This document shows, one piece after another, positions 44,825 to 53,848 of a stretch of 64,000 bases of DNA. The first letter of the stretch is position 1; each line of letters opens with the position of its first letter. The translations under genes and the position numbers were made by a program. Source of the stretch: a virus; the IMG/VR virus record IMGVR_UViG_3300045988_147821, positions 49,352 through 113,351 of that record, one strand, 5' to 3'. The notes under the pieces were generated by a model that searched no databases, was not told the origin of the DNA, and saw only the letters and a list, made by a program, of their open reading frames with translations.

Positions 44825-45648
44825 ATTTTCAATCCTTTAAATATGTGGCATATCACATCCACGGTCCATCCATCTCCAAGCAATCCCATTCCTATATGTG
44901 GTTCCACTGATTTGGTATAACCTTCTGGAACGGTCTGCAATCTTTCCGCTTCCGTAATATTAGGTGTTCTAAAGCCATTTTTCGGATTACAGTCAGGTGA
45001 ATTGAATATCAATGGTGTAAGAGATTTCCTATACCTTCTCAACAGTGATTCGGGGTTCTTGGCAAACCTGTTCCATGATTCAAGCATACACCACGACTTG
45101 TCTTTCTCCACATACCCGTCCGTGATGATGTCCTTGAACAATATCCCCTTGTCCTTCCATGCAGGTATTTTCCAGTTGCACCAGTAGTATCTTCCTCTCA
45201 TTTGTGCAGAAAAATCCGAACTGTTGATATACACATAATCAACATCCAAATATTGTGATATGATGTTAGCCCATTCGGATTTCATCTTCACGTTTTCCAA
45301 TAGGAATTTTACATTAGGATTGAATTGTCTGATATGATTAAGTATATCAACATATTTGAAAAACAATCCTGAACGCTCTCCGTCAAAATTGAGTTTTTCT
45401 TTCCCTAACTGTGAAAAATCCTGGCATGGTGTTCCTCCAATCAATAAATCAATATCTTTCCACTGTATATCCCATTCTTTCCAATTTTTTAGATCACCCA
45501 ATTCAACAATATCAGGATAATTGTTTAATGCCACTTTAATGGAAGGAGCATTTATTTCGCTTGCATAATATCTTTCCACTGTATATCCCATTCTTTCCAG
45601 TGCAATACGTCCGCAAGCTATCCCGTCACATAAACTCAATACATTCAT
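44821..45648 (-). CDS. DNA (cytosine-5) methyltransferase
   Basis: Motif I LSLCDGIACG, motif IV GGTPCQDFS, motif VI ENV, C-terminal QTVPEGY and LGDGWTV. Confidence 0.8.
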   Translation of the reverse strand: MNVLSLCDGIACGRIALERMGYTVERYYASEINAPSIKVALNNYPDIVELGDLKNWKEWDIQWKDIDLLIGGTPCQDFSQLGKEKLNFDGERSGLFFKYVDILNHIRQFNPNVKFLLENVKMKSEWANIISQYLDVDYVYINSSDFSAQMRGRYYWCNWKIPAWKDKGILFKDIITDGYVEKDKSWCMLESWNRFAKNPESLLRRYRKSLTPLIFNSPDCNPKNGFRTPNITEAERLQTVPEGYTKSVEPHIGMGLLGDGWTVDVICHIFKGLKI

Positions 45649-46784
45649 CGTCTTAAATATTTAAATATATGTTTAATTGTTTCTATGTTCCATCCGTTTC
45701 CAAGCATCTTGTAACGCTGTGTGTCAGATATTCCATCCCATATATATCGTTCAGGAACGGTTTGAAGCCGTGCACACTCGGTTGGGGTAAGACGTCTAAT
45801 TTTTGCACCAATTTGAACACATGGTTGTGCGTTTCCGTCATTTCTAGCCCTTGCCATCAGTGTACATGATTTACCCGATTTAATTTCACGGAAGTGTTTT
45901 CCTCCGAATGTACGTATCGTTCCCGAAACAATTATCAGGTTATCCTTTTGTACTGTTGTAAGGCAATTGGTTTTTCCATCTTCCCTAGGTTCAAGCCGTT
46001 GGATGTTCTTTATCTGTTCCTTTACAATCCCGGCTTCATATTCCTTTCTTATCTTTTTTTCATATTCGGTTCTTTTTGGAGTAAGGCAGGCTGTCATCGC
46101 AACACATGTCGGATCATTTCCCGTCTTTACCCTGCCCTTCAAGCATTCAATCATCTTGTCAGACAAGAAATATTTTTCATCAACCTCTTCTTCAAGGATA
46201 TCCTTTAAAAGTATTCCCCTATCTTCCGGCTGTGGAATATTGTCATGGATATCCGTCCAGTATATGCGCCTTCTGTTTTGTGCCGATACAAGTGCAGAAT
46301 TGATATGAATACCCTTTCTTCCCAATATATCATTGAACACGCTCTCCCACTTCTTTCCCATCTCTACATTTTCAAGAAAGAATTTAGGATTGTCGCCACG
46401 TTCAAGAAGATCGTTATAAATACGAATGTATTCCCAAAACAAATAGGATTGTCCTTCAAATTCAAAACCGTTTTCCTTCAGTTCAAGGTACATTTCCAAA
46501 TCAAAAATATCTACCCCCTCCTTTGTTGAAAGACCTTTTCTTTTCCCGGCCATAGACAATGACTGACACGGGCTTCCTCCGATTAGCAAATCTATCTTAT
46601 CGAGTTTGTTTATATCAAGTTCCCTTATGTCACCTACCTGTATCGTATTAGGAAAGTTCTGTATGGTAAACTGCATGGCATATTTGTCAATCTCCGAAGC
46701 ATAGTATTTATCTATTGGAATATCAAGTTCGGTAAGTGCAATTTGACCTCCCGACATTCCATCAAACAAACTTAGTACATTCAT
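45645..46784 (-). CDS. DNA (cytosine-5) methyltransferase
   Basis: LSLFDGMSGG, GGSPCQSLS, FLENV, RRLTPTECARLQTVP, LGNGWN. Confidence 0.85.
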   Translation of the reverse strand: MNVLSLFDGMSGGQIALTELDIPIDKYYASEIDKYAMQFTIQNFPNTIQVGDIRELDINKLDKIDLLIGGSPCQSLSMAGKRKGLSTKEGVDIFDLEMYLELKENGFEFEGQSYLFWEYIRIYNDLLERGDNPKFFLENVEMGKKWESVFNDILGRKGIHINSALVSAQNRRRIYWTDIHDNIPQPEDRGILLKDILEEEVDEKYFLSDKMIECLKGRVKTGNDPTCVAMTACLTPKRTEYEKKIRKEYEAGIVKEQIKNIQRLEPREDGKTNCLTTVQKDNLIIVSGTIRTFGGKHFREIKSGKSCTLMARARNDGNAQPCVQIGAKIRRLTPTECARLQTVPERYIWDGISDTQRYKMLGNGWNIETIKHIFKYLRR

Positions 46785-47440
46785 TATTTTTCGATTTGAA
46801 ACGATTCACGATAACGGATTTTCTTTCCTCCTTCCGAAACGGAAGCACCTTCTCCGCGTAACTTCTTGATAAACTCAATTCCCAATTTCGCTGTTGCTTC
46901 TGTATCAGTAGAAGCGCGGTGAGCGTCCACAAGTTCTATTCCATACAAATTGGTACACGTCCCCAATTTATAGTTCTCCTGTTCCAAAGCCGCCCATTGT
47001 GCCAACATCATTGTATCTACGTTGAACAATACATAATTGTCCAAATTGTCATTCATGTGTTCAAAGAAATTTTTTAGGAACGGAGTATCAAATCCTACCG
47101 AATTGTGTCCGCATAACGTACATTTCAATCTAGGATTCTTGTATTCGGCAAACAGGTCTTTTATCTGTTTATGCGCTTCCTTCAATGTAACAGCCTTTGA
47201 TTTTTGCATTTCAGGAGTGATACCATGGACTTCCTGTGCCTGCATGGAATATTCCAGGTTGTCAAAATACATGTACGGGAATGTGATTTCCACCTTATCC
47301 ACTATTTCCAGTTTCAGCATATCAACTACCACGAATGATATTTCTATAAGGGGAATATCATAGAAAGCAAGTTTATCTTTTGACGGAATACCCCCTGACT
47401 CAATATCAAAAAAAATTACATATTTCTGTGCTGTTTGCAT
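46784..47440 (-). CDS. DEDDh 3'-5' exonuclease (DnaQ/epsilon-like)
   Basis: Exo I FFDIESGG, Exo II GHNSVGFDTPFL, Exo III HRASTDTEA. Confidence 0.75.
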   Translation of the reverse strand: MQTAQKYVIFFDIESGGIPSKDKLAFYDIPLIEISFVVVDMLKLEIVDKVEITFPYMYFDNLEYSMQAQEVHGITPEMQKSKAVTLKEAHKQIKDLFAEYKNPRLKCTLCGHNSVGFDTPFLKNFFEHMNDNLDNYVLFNVDTMMLAQWAALEQENYKLGTCTNLYGIELVDAHRASTDTEATAKLGIEFIKKLRGEGASVSEGGKKIRYRESFQIEK

Positions 47441-47442
47441 AA

Positions 47443-47676
47443 TTAATCCTCTTCAATTATCTGCCAAATGTCATATACATTCAGTGTGCAGTATTTGTTT
47501 TCATTGTTCTTTACTATCTCGAAATTACCAAGGTATCGTGGCAAACGTCCGTCCTTGATAAACCATGTAAGGTCATTACGATTAAATTCCTGCCCGTTCT
47601 TCTTTGTAAAGTTCTCGTTCAAATACTGAACGATTCCCGATGTGGTTGCTTTTTCTAATACTAATACTCTTTTCAT
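47443..47676 (-). CDS. hypothetical protein (77 aa)
   Basis: ORF in the operon. Confidence 0.45.
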   Translation of the reverse strand: MKRVLVLEKATTSGIVQYLNENFTKKNGQEFNRNDLTWFIKDGRLPRYLGNFEIVKNNENKYCTLNVYDIWQIIEED

Positions 47677-47678
47677 GT

Positions 47679-48074
47679 TTATAACATCATTATCTTTAAT
47701 TTCTCATACTCACAATCCCTTGATTCTTCATTGCTGTATATCATCACCAGATTCTTGATAGGATTGTTTTTGAACTGTGCCGCGGAATCCTCTATCGGAT
47801 TTATTTCAATGATAGGATTGCCGCTTTCGTCAAGTCGTTTTATGAATGCTTCAATAAGACGTTTCTTGATTGTGTACTCTCCATCACGTGTTTGGAATGA
47901 ATAGAAAAACTTGTGTATGGAAGTCGTTTCTATCAAATCATCTATCTTCTCTTCCAATCCATCCGTGTTCCCTGTTTCAAAGTAATCGTCCAGGGCCTTT
48001 ACGACCGTTTCGCAATTGAATGAATCAAGTACATCCCTAAGTTTTTCAAGAATCTCAAACGGTTCCATATTCAT
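47679..48074 (-). CDS. hypothetical acidic protein
   Basis: Start re-set to ATG 48074 (MNMEPFEILEKL) to limit the overlap with 48055..48267. Confidence 0.45.
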   Translation of the reverse strand: MNMEPFEILEKLRDVLDSFNCETVVKALDDYFETGNTDGLEEKIDDLIETTSIHKFFYSFQTRDGEYTIKKRLIEAFIKRLDESGNPIIEINPIEDSAAQFKNNPIKNLVMIYSNEESRDCEYEKLKIMML

Positions 48075-48267
48075 CCCCTTCCTCCAATATAATATCTCCT
48101 TCCGATACCATGTCTTTAGGATAATGGTACGTTTCATTATCCCATCCGTCTATCACTAGGAAGGCATCTTCGGTTGTTCCGATTACTTTCATCACTATTG
48201 TCTGTCTTTTCTTCGGGTCCTCCCAATTACTCAAATCGGGTGACACCATTGGTATTCTGATTCTCAT
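48055..48267 (-). CDS. hypothetical protein (70 aa)
   Basis: ATGA overlap at 48264-48267. Confidence 0.45.
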   Translation of the reverse strand: MRIRIPMVSPDLSNWEDPKKRQTIVMKVIGTTEDAFLVIDGWDNETYHYPKDMVSEGDIILEEGDEYGTV

Positions 48268-48443
48268 TCCTCTATTACGTTTTCGAGTTTGACAATTGAT
48301 TTTGAATATAGGGAAGGTTCTGGTTCTCCATCGTCCACCACATAAAACTCTTCCGTTTCCCGTATCACCCTAAGTTTCCTTACCTCTTTAGGTTTCCATT
48401 TAGGCTGATTGTTATTCTCCAATCTTACTAATATGTATTTCAT
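48264..48443 (-). CDS. hypothetical protein (59 aa, below the ORF-track cutoff)
   Basis: My translation: MKYILVRLENNNQPKWKPKEVRKLRVIRETEEFYVVDDGEPEPSLYSKSIVKLENVIEE. ATGA overlaps at both ends. Confidence 0.5.
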   Translation of the reverse strand: MKYILVRLENNNQPKWKPKEVRKLRVIRETEEFYVVDDGEPEPSLYSKSIVKLENVIEE

Positions 48444-48766
48444 GACTTTCTTGATTTAATAAACCGCTTTTCATATTCAATCTCTTCTATACTATACAGC
48501 GGCACCGCATTTGTCACATGAACGTTTGTGAAATGCCGTGGACCAAATTCACTAGGGTTCTGTTTGGGAATTGCTTCTATCATCAAATCAAATCTGAATC
48601 TTATAGGATGATGTGTATCTTCGGGATAAGAACCTTTCTGTGACACAAACATCTTTGACAGTTTCCCATAACTGTTTTCATATTCAATAACGTACTGCTA
48701 TATATCCCTATCGGGTAATTTGTTTACAGGATATCCTGCATATATTCTTCCTATTACACTGTTCAT
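48440..48766 (-). pseudogene. ORF with an in-frame TAG (amber) at 48698-48700: nonsense allele, readthrough candidate, or two separate ORFs
   Basis: ATG 48766 overlaps the upstream stop (ATGA). 22 codons, then TAG, then 15 codons in frame into the track ORF 48440..48652. Confidence 0.4.
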
Positions 48767-49143
48767 TCCTTATTTCCTTTCATTTCCGTCCTATCTCCAA
48801 AATCCCACCTATGGTGACATTCGGAACAATATAACAATATATTTGATTTTTCGTATGCAAGTTCGGGATGTGCGCCACGTGACTTTATATGACTGAAAAA
48901 TACGGCTTTCGGCTCGTTTCCCAGCCATTTCCCACAGTTTTGACAGTAGTGTGGACGTTCATTCCATATCTCTCTAAAAACATCTCTAAGGTCATTAAAA
49001 TCGCTTCTTCCCGAAAGTTCCTTTACTCTGTCCTGTTTCCTCTTTCTTGCACAATCCCGGCACAGCCATTTATTATGATCGTATATCAGATAGGAATCGC
49101 CACAAGACTTACACGGACGGACTTCTTTTGTTATTCTTCCCAT
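48763..49143 (-). CDS. zinc-ribbon / HNH-like (NinG-type) nuclease candidate
   Basis: CKSCG...CRDC, then CQNCG...HIKSRGAHPEL...N...CSECHHRWD (His-Me-finger-like). Confidence 0.4.
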   Translation of the reverse strand: MGRITKEVRPCKSCGDSYLIYDHNKWLCRDCARKRKQDRVKELSGRSDFNDLRDVFREIWNERPHYCQNCGKWLGNEPKAVFFSHIKSRGAHPELAYEKSNILLYCSECHHRWDFGDRTEMKGNKE

Positions 49144-49754
49144 TCCACACGTTCACTGTTCCTGAAAACGATTTCATTCATTTTCAGAATAATGTTCTCT
49201 AAATTAAAAGAAGAAACATAGAACCCTCTCTCGTATGAAAGTTGAAGATCCCTTATCTGCAACCCGTTAAGGGTCACATACTCGCACGGGAACGGTTTTT
49301 TCATTATCTCTCCTACTCCAATTGAAAACCCAACAAGACGGTAAAGGAAATAAAGCGTTTCAGGGTCAGCCTGCACACGGAACGTGTATCGCTTTATATC
49401 CTTATCGGAAGGAACGGTACACGTATTCATTCTGCAAAATTCTCGTAATGTCATATTGTTCTTTACCATGGCATGTATGCTAGGAATGGCTGCCACAACA
49501 AAGTGATCTTCATTATGTGAAAATACCACATGGGGTAAAGACTGGACTATATCATACGTAATAGACCTATCATCAAGTCTTACATAATTTGTCAAATGAA
49601 AAAGAAGAGATTCACATTCGTGGTTCACGCAAAATACCTCTATGTTTCCTACATTAACTTCTCCCATGAAATTAAGTCCGTACAATTCCTCCGCCATTGC
49701 AGGAAAATCATCCACGGGATTCACAAGTTTTACCGATTGATTAAATGTTTCCAT
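49131..49754 (-). CDS. hypothetical protein (207 aa)
   Basis: First gene after the promoter at 49779. Confidence 0.55.
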   Translation of the reverse strand: METFNQSVKLVNPVDDFPAMAEELYGLNFMGEVNVGNIEVFCVNHECESLLFHLTNYVRLDDRSITYDIVQSLPHVVFSHNEDHFVVAAIPSIHAMVKNNMTLREFCRMNTCTVPSDKDIKRYTFRVQADPETLYFLYRLVGFSIGVGEIMKKPFPCEYVTLNGLQIRDLQLSYERGFYVSSFNLENIILKMNEIVFRNSERVEWEE

Positions 49755-49778
49755 AACTATAAGTTTTTAATTCGGAAA

Positions 49779-49835
49779 CAAAAATAGGGATTCATTTTGA
49801 GAATCCCATAAAAACTAAGCACTTTTTTATAAAAA
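49779..49835 (-). promoter_or_regulatory. palindrome-class promoter: TTTTTATAAAAA, hairpin, and -7 box TATTTTTG
   Basis: Palindrome at 49824-49835. Hairpin GGGATTC / GAATCCC at 49787-49807. -7 box at 49779-49786. ATG 24 nt downstream. Confidence 0.5.
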
Positions 49836-49847
49836 GACTTTTATGTT

Positions 49848-50348
49848 TTACAACATCTTTTGGCAGATACTTGCAAGTTCACATCCCCTACAATCCTTTG
49901 AATCAAATATATACGGTAAATATTCGGCACATAGAGCGAGCCTTCCCGTTGAACGGAATCTATCTCTAAGTTTCTTGAAATACTCCTTGTTGAACACATT
50001 TTCAGATATTTCCCTTATAGGATTGGTCCATCCTCTCTTATATATATCCTTTTGATTGAAGTACCTTATTTTCCTTGCTTCTTCCGTATCGGCAAAATAT
50101 CTTTGTGCAGCTCTTACTCCTGTAAGGTGTGTAATAGAGGGTAAACTTCCTTTCCTTATCCTATTCCTCTCCAGGAATACCCATGACATGAACTCGAATA
50201 AAAGAATCGTGCTGTCAATATTGCACGTTCCCAGAAACTTCTCTATTCTTTCATCTTCCTTGCGTGACCATTCCTTGCTGAATCCCGTGGGGGAACACCA
50301 TTCAAACAGGTATTCGGTTATCTTCTTGAAATCCTCTATTGAAATCAT
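49848..50348 (-). CDS. hypothetical protein with a C-terminal four-Cys cluster (166 aa)
   Basis: C-terminus: CAEYLPYIFDSKDCRGCELASIC. Confidence 0.5.
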   Translation of the reverse strand: MISIEDFKKITEYLFEWCSPTGFSKEWSRKEDERIEKFLGTCNIDSTILLFEFMSWVFLERNRIRKGSLPSITHLTGVRAAQRYFADTEEARKIRYFNQKDIYKRGWTNPIREISENVFNKEYFKKLRDRFRSTGRLALCAEYLPYIFDSKDCRGCELASICQKML

Positions 50349-51730
50349 GCCACAAACTCCTTCTCAAAATTATATGTTGCCCTATTCTTTTTCTTTCCAT
50401 AAAGTGTATAGTGAACGAATTTAAAGTCATTCAGAACGGAACGGGATATGTATTCCTCCCTATCTATGATATAGCCACCCGATACGTCACATTTAAATAC
50501 CTTTCGTACTAGGACACGTCTACCGTCTATGATTTTATAGTGTCTGCGCCCGATACATCTTGCATCGGGGAACGTTTCTTTCAGAATACCGTCATCATCC
50601 TTGAACACGGTATAAGTTTCTTCTTTTCCTGTATAGTAGTTGCGATACTTTAGCTTGAACTTGAACTTGCTTAAACCGAAGAACTTGTCTGCATAGGAAT
50701 GATTTTCAAGCATTTCAGCAAGTCTTTCCTCCTGTTTACGTTCGTAACGGGATTCAAGTATATCAAGGCTCCTTTCCAAAAAAACCTTTTTCTTTTTCAT
50801 ACGATAGGAAGGAGCACTCAACACTTTCCAATAGTAATCAGCGGAATCCTTTATATCAGACAAGTTTTTGGTTTTCAGTAATTTACATAATTTTGTATGA
50901 CGATTTACAAGTTTGTTTTCCTTACAACTGACACCCTTGCTTTTCTGTAATGCAATGTCGCCCTTACGGGAATCACCTTGCCGTGTCTTTTTATAAATCA
51001 ATGATAGCATGAATTTTTTAGAAGGAATATTGGTTATCATCTTATTTCCATGAATCTCTCTAAATTTATGTGCGGGATATTTCTCGATTGTCTTATACCA
51101 TTGGCGAGAATATTGCCTTCCAATTGATTCACGGTAAAATTCACCATCTGCAAACTTCTCCATTTTTTCAAAGAAATACTTTATAATTGAATCAGTTACC
51201 CACACAAGACCTTCATTTCTCATTTGTCTTGCTATGGTTTTCGGTGACATGTAGAATCCGGCATACCCCTTGACATTCTTTTCGCTTTTTAGGAAATTAT
51301 CTTTTCTAAGGATCCACAGATAGAAAAACCAATCTATCACACTAAACTCACTTGCCCCACAGACAGCCATATATTTTACAAAAACCCTATCAATAGGAGT
51401 GTGAACCAATATATATGCACTATTTTCAAATAATTTATCGCACAAATTATGTATTTTACTGATGTTTATACGGAAATATTTACCTGTTCTTTCACTTTCC
51501 ATGCGTTCAATAAGACCACGATCCAAAAACCATTTGACGGTATCTTTTATGGCACGGTTCCCAAGTTGAGTATATGCTTTGATTGAATCTTCCAGGCAGG
51601 AACGATTACCATAGAAGTAATCGCGTGTTAGGTAGTTATTTGAATTTCCTTTATTACCCTTCCTTGTTGGGTAAGTTAGGAAGAAGTTTGTTACTAAAAA
51701 AAAATGATATGTTATATTAATCTTTTTCAT
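50345..51730 (-). CDS. hypothetical basic protein (461 aa), possibly DNA-binding
   Basis: Long Lys/Arg-rich ORF. No catalytic motif recognised. Confidence 0.55.
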   Translation of the reverse strand: MKKINITYHFFLVTNFFLTYPTRKGNKGNSNNYLTRDYFYGNRSCLEDSIKAYTQLGNRAIKDTVKWFLDRGLIERMESERTGKYFRINISKIHNLCDKLFENSAYILVHTPIDRVFVKYMAVCGASEFSVIDWFFYLWILRKDNFLKSEKNVKGYAGFYMSPKTIARQMRNEGLVWVTDSIIKYFFEKMEKFADGEFYRESIGRQYSRQWYKTIEKYPAHKFREIHGNKMITNIPSKKFMLSLIYKKTRQGDSRKGDIALQKSKGVSCKENKLVNRHTKLCKLLKTKNLSDIKDSADYYWKVLSAPSYRMKKKKVFLERSLDILESRYERKQEERLAEMLENHSYADKFFGLSKFKFKLKYRNYYTGKEETYTVFKDDDGILKETFPDARCIGRRHYKIIDGRRVLVRKVFKCDVSGGYIIDREEYISRSVLNDFKFVHYTLYGKKKNRATYNFEKEFVA

Positions 51731-51842
51731 ATTAGTTATTTTTGAATTTCTGAATGCAAAAATAAAAAAAGAGAACGACTTTCACAAGCAATTCTCTTTT
51801 CTTTGTATATTCAAAAAAACTAATATGCGTTATCTTTCACTG

Positions 51843-51850
51843 CAAAGATA
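51843..51850 (-). promoter_or_regulatory. -7 box TATCTTTG
   Basis: Fits TAnnTTTG on the minus strand, 113 nt upstream of the ATG at 51730. Confidence 0.35.
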
Positions 51851-52154
51851 CACTATTCAACCCATGTTTCCAAATGCAGTCCACCTTCAAACGAAAACTC
51901 TACGATTTTTTAACATACGTATTTCGCTGGGTTATATTTGGAGTTATAAGAAAACTGGACATGTCGGGCGACACGGAGAAAATTCTTTTTATTCTTCTTT
52001 TTATCGTTATTCAGTAGGAGGATCTCCATCATCCATCCCATACCTATATTATATTGTATGCAATAGGAGTAAGCCCTACCACCAAAAACCGAAGTTCCTA
52101 TTCCGTCCATACGGAAACAGGTTTAAGGTTCTACCTTCCGTTTTCCTGCAAAAC

Positions 52155-52242
52155 GGTAATGAACTTACACCGTATGAATGTCGCAAGTTTCAGGGCTTGG
52201 CACTGAAAATGTCCAGTGCGGACATTGGTGTAAGTTCATACC
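52155..52242. ncRNA. extended rod-like hairpin in an ORF-free region (candidate structured RNA; strand unknown)
   Basis: ATGAACTTACAC (52159-52170) pairs with GTGTAAGTTCAT (52228-52239). Nested helices: AATGTCGC / GCGGACATT and TTTCAG / CTGAAA. Confidence 0.3.
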
Positions 52243-52330
52243 ATTATATAGAGAAAATTGACATTTTGGGTGTTTAAAAATCACCTCCTATTTCACGTAC
52301 AATTCATTGGTTTTAAATAGGTTATTGTCG

Positions 52331-52375
52331 AAATAAAAAGCCCGGCACAATCCAATATATGAATCAATGCCGGGC
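52331..52375 (-). terminator. hairpin terminator
   Basis: GCCCGGCA (52340-52347) pairs with TGCCGGGC (52368-52375). The minus strand continues TTTTTATTT. Downstream of 52403..52981. Confidence 0.6.
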
Positions 52376-52402
52376 CATGGAAAATGAAAGAAAAGGTGTT
52401 AT

Positions 52403-52981
52403 TTAATCATCCCAGACGATGTTTAGTTCAATCTTCTCTTCGGTTTCCTTTTCAACCTCTCTCCATCTGTGGGGATTTTCAGGAATCTGTTCCGCAACCG
52501 TATCGTAATCGGTCTTGCATGCTTCCTTATCAATCTTTCTTTCTATCCACAGGCAGATATGGGCATCTGACGGCAGATCGCCTATCGTAACGGGATATTC
52601 CTCTGTCGCTTCCGAGAAGCTGATGCTGTAAGGACGGGATGATTCATTGGGGATGGATGATGTTATCCATTCGTCCTTTTCATTCTTGTACATCTCGACA
52701 GCACCTATGAAGAACAATCCCTGTACTGGTGCTTCCTTGTTCTCGCTGCCATTGGAAAACCATAATGTGGCATTCTTCAATTCGGCATCCGAATCATTCA
52801 TAAGGACAATGGCCCGGAACGTGGATTTGCCGTCTTTCATCATATTGAGCGATATATCGGAAAACAGGTTTCCCATCACGTCATTCAATACTTCGGAGGA
52901 CGATTGATATCCTCCGAGTGATTTTGACGGATTCTGTTGCTCCGCCATGCTTTTTTCAGTTGTGGTATAATAGAGTTTCAT
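52403..52981 (-). CDS. hypothetical protein (192 aa), virion-associated by position
   Basis: Follows the fibre operon. GAGG lies 6 nt upstream of the ATG. Confidence 0.5.
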   Translation of the reverse strand: MKLYYTTTEKSMAEQQNPSKSLGGYQSSSEVLNDVMGNLFSDISLNMMKDGKSTFRAIVLMNDSDAELKNATLWFSNGSENKEAPVQGLFFIGAVEMYKNEKDEWITSSIPNESSRPYSISFSEATEEYPVTIGDLPSDAHICLWIERKIDKEACKTDYDTVAEQIPENPHRWREVEKETEEKIELNIVWDD

Positions 52982-52990
52982 GTCAACCTC

Positions 52991-53827
52991 CTATCCCTTG
53001 TTCTGTGAAACGAAATTGGCCAATGTCCAGTATTCACGTTGGATTGAATTGTCTATCGTAACAATTCCCGAAGCGTTCTTGACACGTGAAATGAAGAACT
53101 GATTATCATCCTTTGCAGGGGCAACCGATGTTTCTTCCTCCCGTATCATGTCGAACTGATAGTGCGAATAGGTGTACAGACCGTTCAACTGATCATCTGT
53201 GAACACCTTTCCAAGCGGCAATGTACCCAACACTATCACACGCAGGTTGGTTTCCGCTTCAAACGTGATGTTGGATGTGAGGATAAGGTTGTTTGAATCC
53301 ACAATCTGCACAATCTCGTATGTACCCTTGTTCAACGGTTCTGAACCATCATCCTTGACAAACCGTATGGATACGGGTGTCTTGCTCGATTGTCCTCTTA
53401 CCTTGCCGCTAAAATCGACTGTTCCTGTAACGGCACCCTTCTGATTTATAGACACATATCCGTCCTCAAAGTTACGCTCCACGTATTTTACGGCCAACCA
53501 ATAATAGTTACCGTCACTTGGAATGGATATATTGTCAACGAAGGATTCGAGGTTAATGATGTTTCCTGACGGGTCAACCGCCATTCCCGAATTTACCTTC
53601 AACGTACCTGTTTGCGAACCTTTCTCCACCAGGAACGGGTCATTTACCTTAATGCCAGCGGAAGAGAGTTCTGCATCAAATTTTGACGGATCATTTGTTA
53701 CAAGTCCGAATGATGCCGTTGCGGTGAGCAACGCCTTGAACATGGGTGTTCCCATGAGGAATTTTTGGAAGTTTACAAGTTCCTCTTTTTCAAGGAAAAT
53801 GTTTCTGTTGAAATTGATTCTGTTCAT
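52991..53827 (-). CDS. hypothetical beta-rich protein (278 aa), virion-associated by position
   Basis: Immediately downstream of the fibre gene. Confidence 0.5.
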   Translation of the reverse strand: MNRINFNRNIFLEKEELVNFQKFLMGTPMFKALLTATASFGLVTNDPSKFDAELSSAGIKVNDPFLVEKGSQTGTLKVNSGMAVDPSGNIINLESFVDNISIPSDGNYYWLAVKYVERNFEDGYVSINQKGAVTGTVDFSGKVRGQSSKTPVSIRFVKDDGSEPLNKGTYEIVQIVDSNNLILTSNITFEAETNLRVIVLGTLPLGKVFTDDQLNGLYTYSHYQFDMIREEETSVAPAKDDNQFFISRVKNASGIVTIDNSIQREYWTLANFVSQNKG

Positions 53828-53848
53828 ATTCTAATATGTTTTAATTGT

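Noticed and set aside
51825-52277. The 150-aa plus-strand ORF and the 66-aa minus-strand ORF (51910..52110) in the gap after the fibre operon.
   Set aside because: Their composition is not protein-like (runs of Tyr/Ser/Pro/Phe, no start context, no coupling). The region is better explained as structured non-coding sequence.
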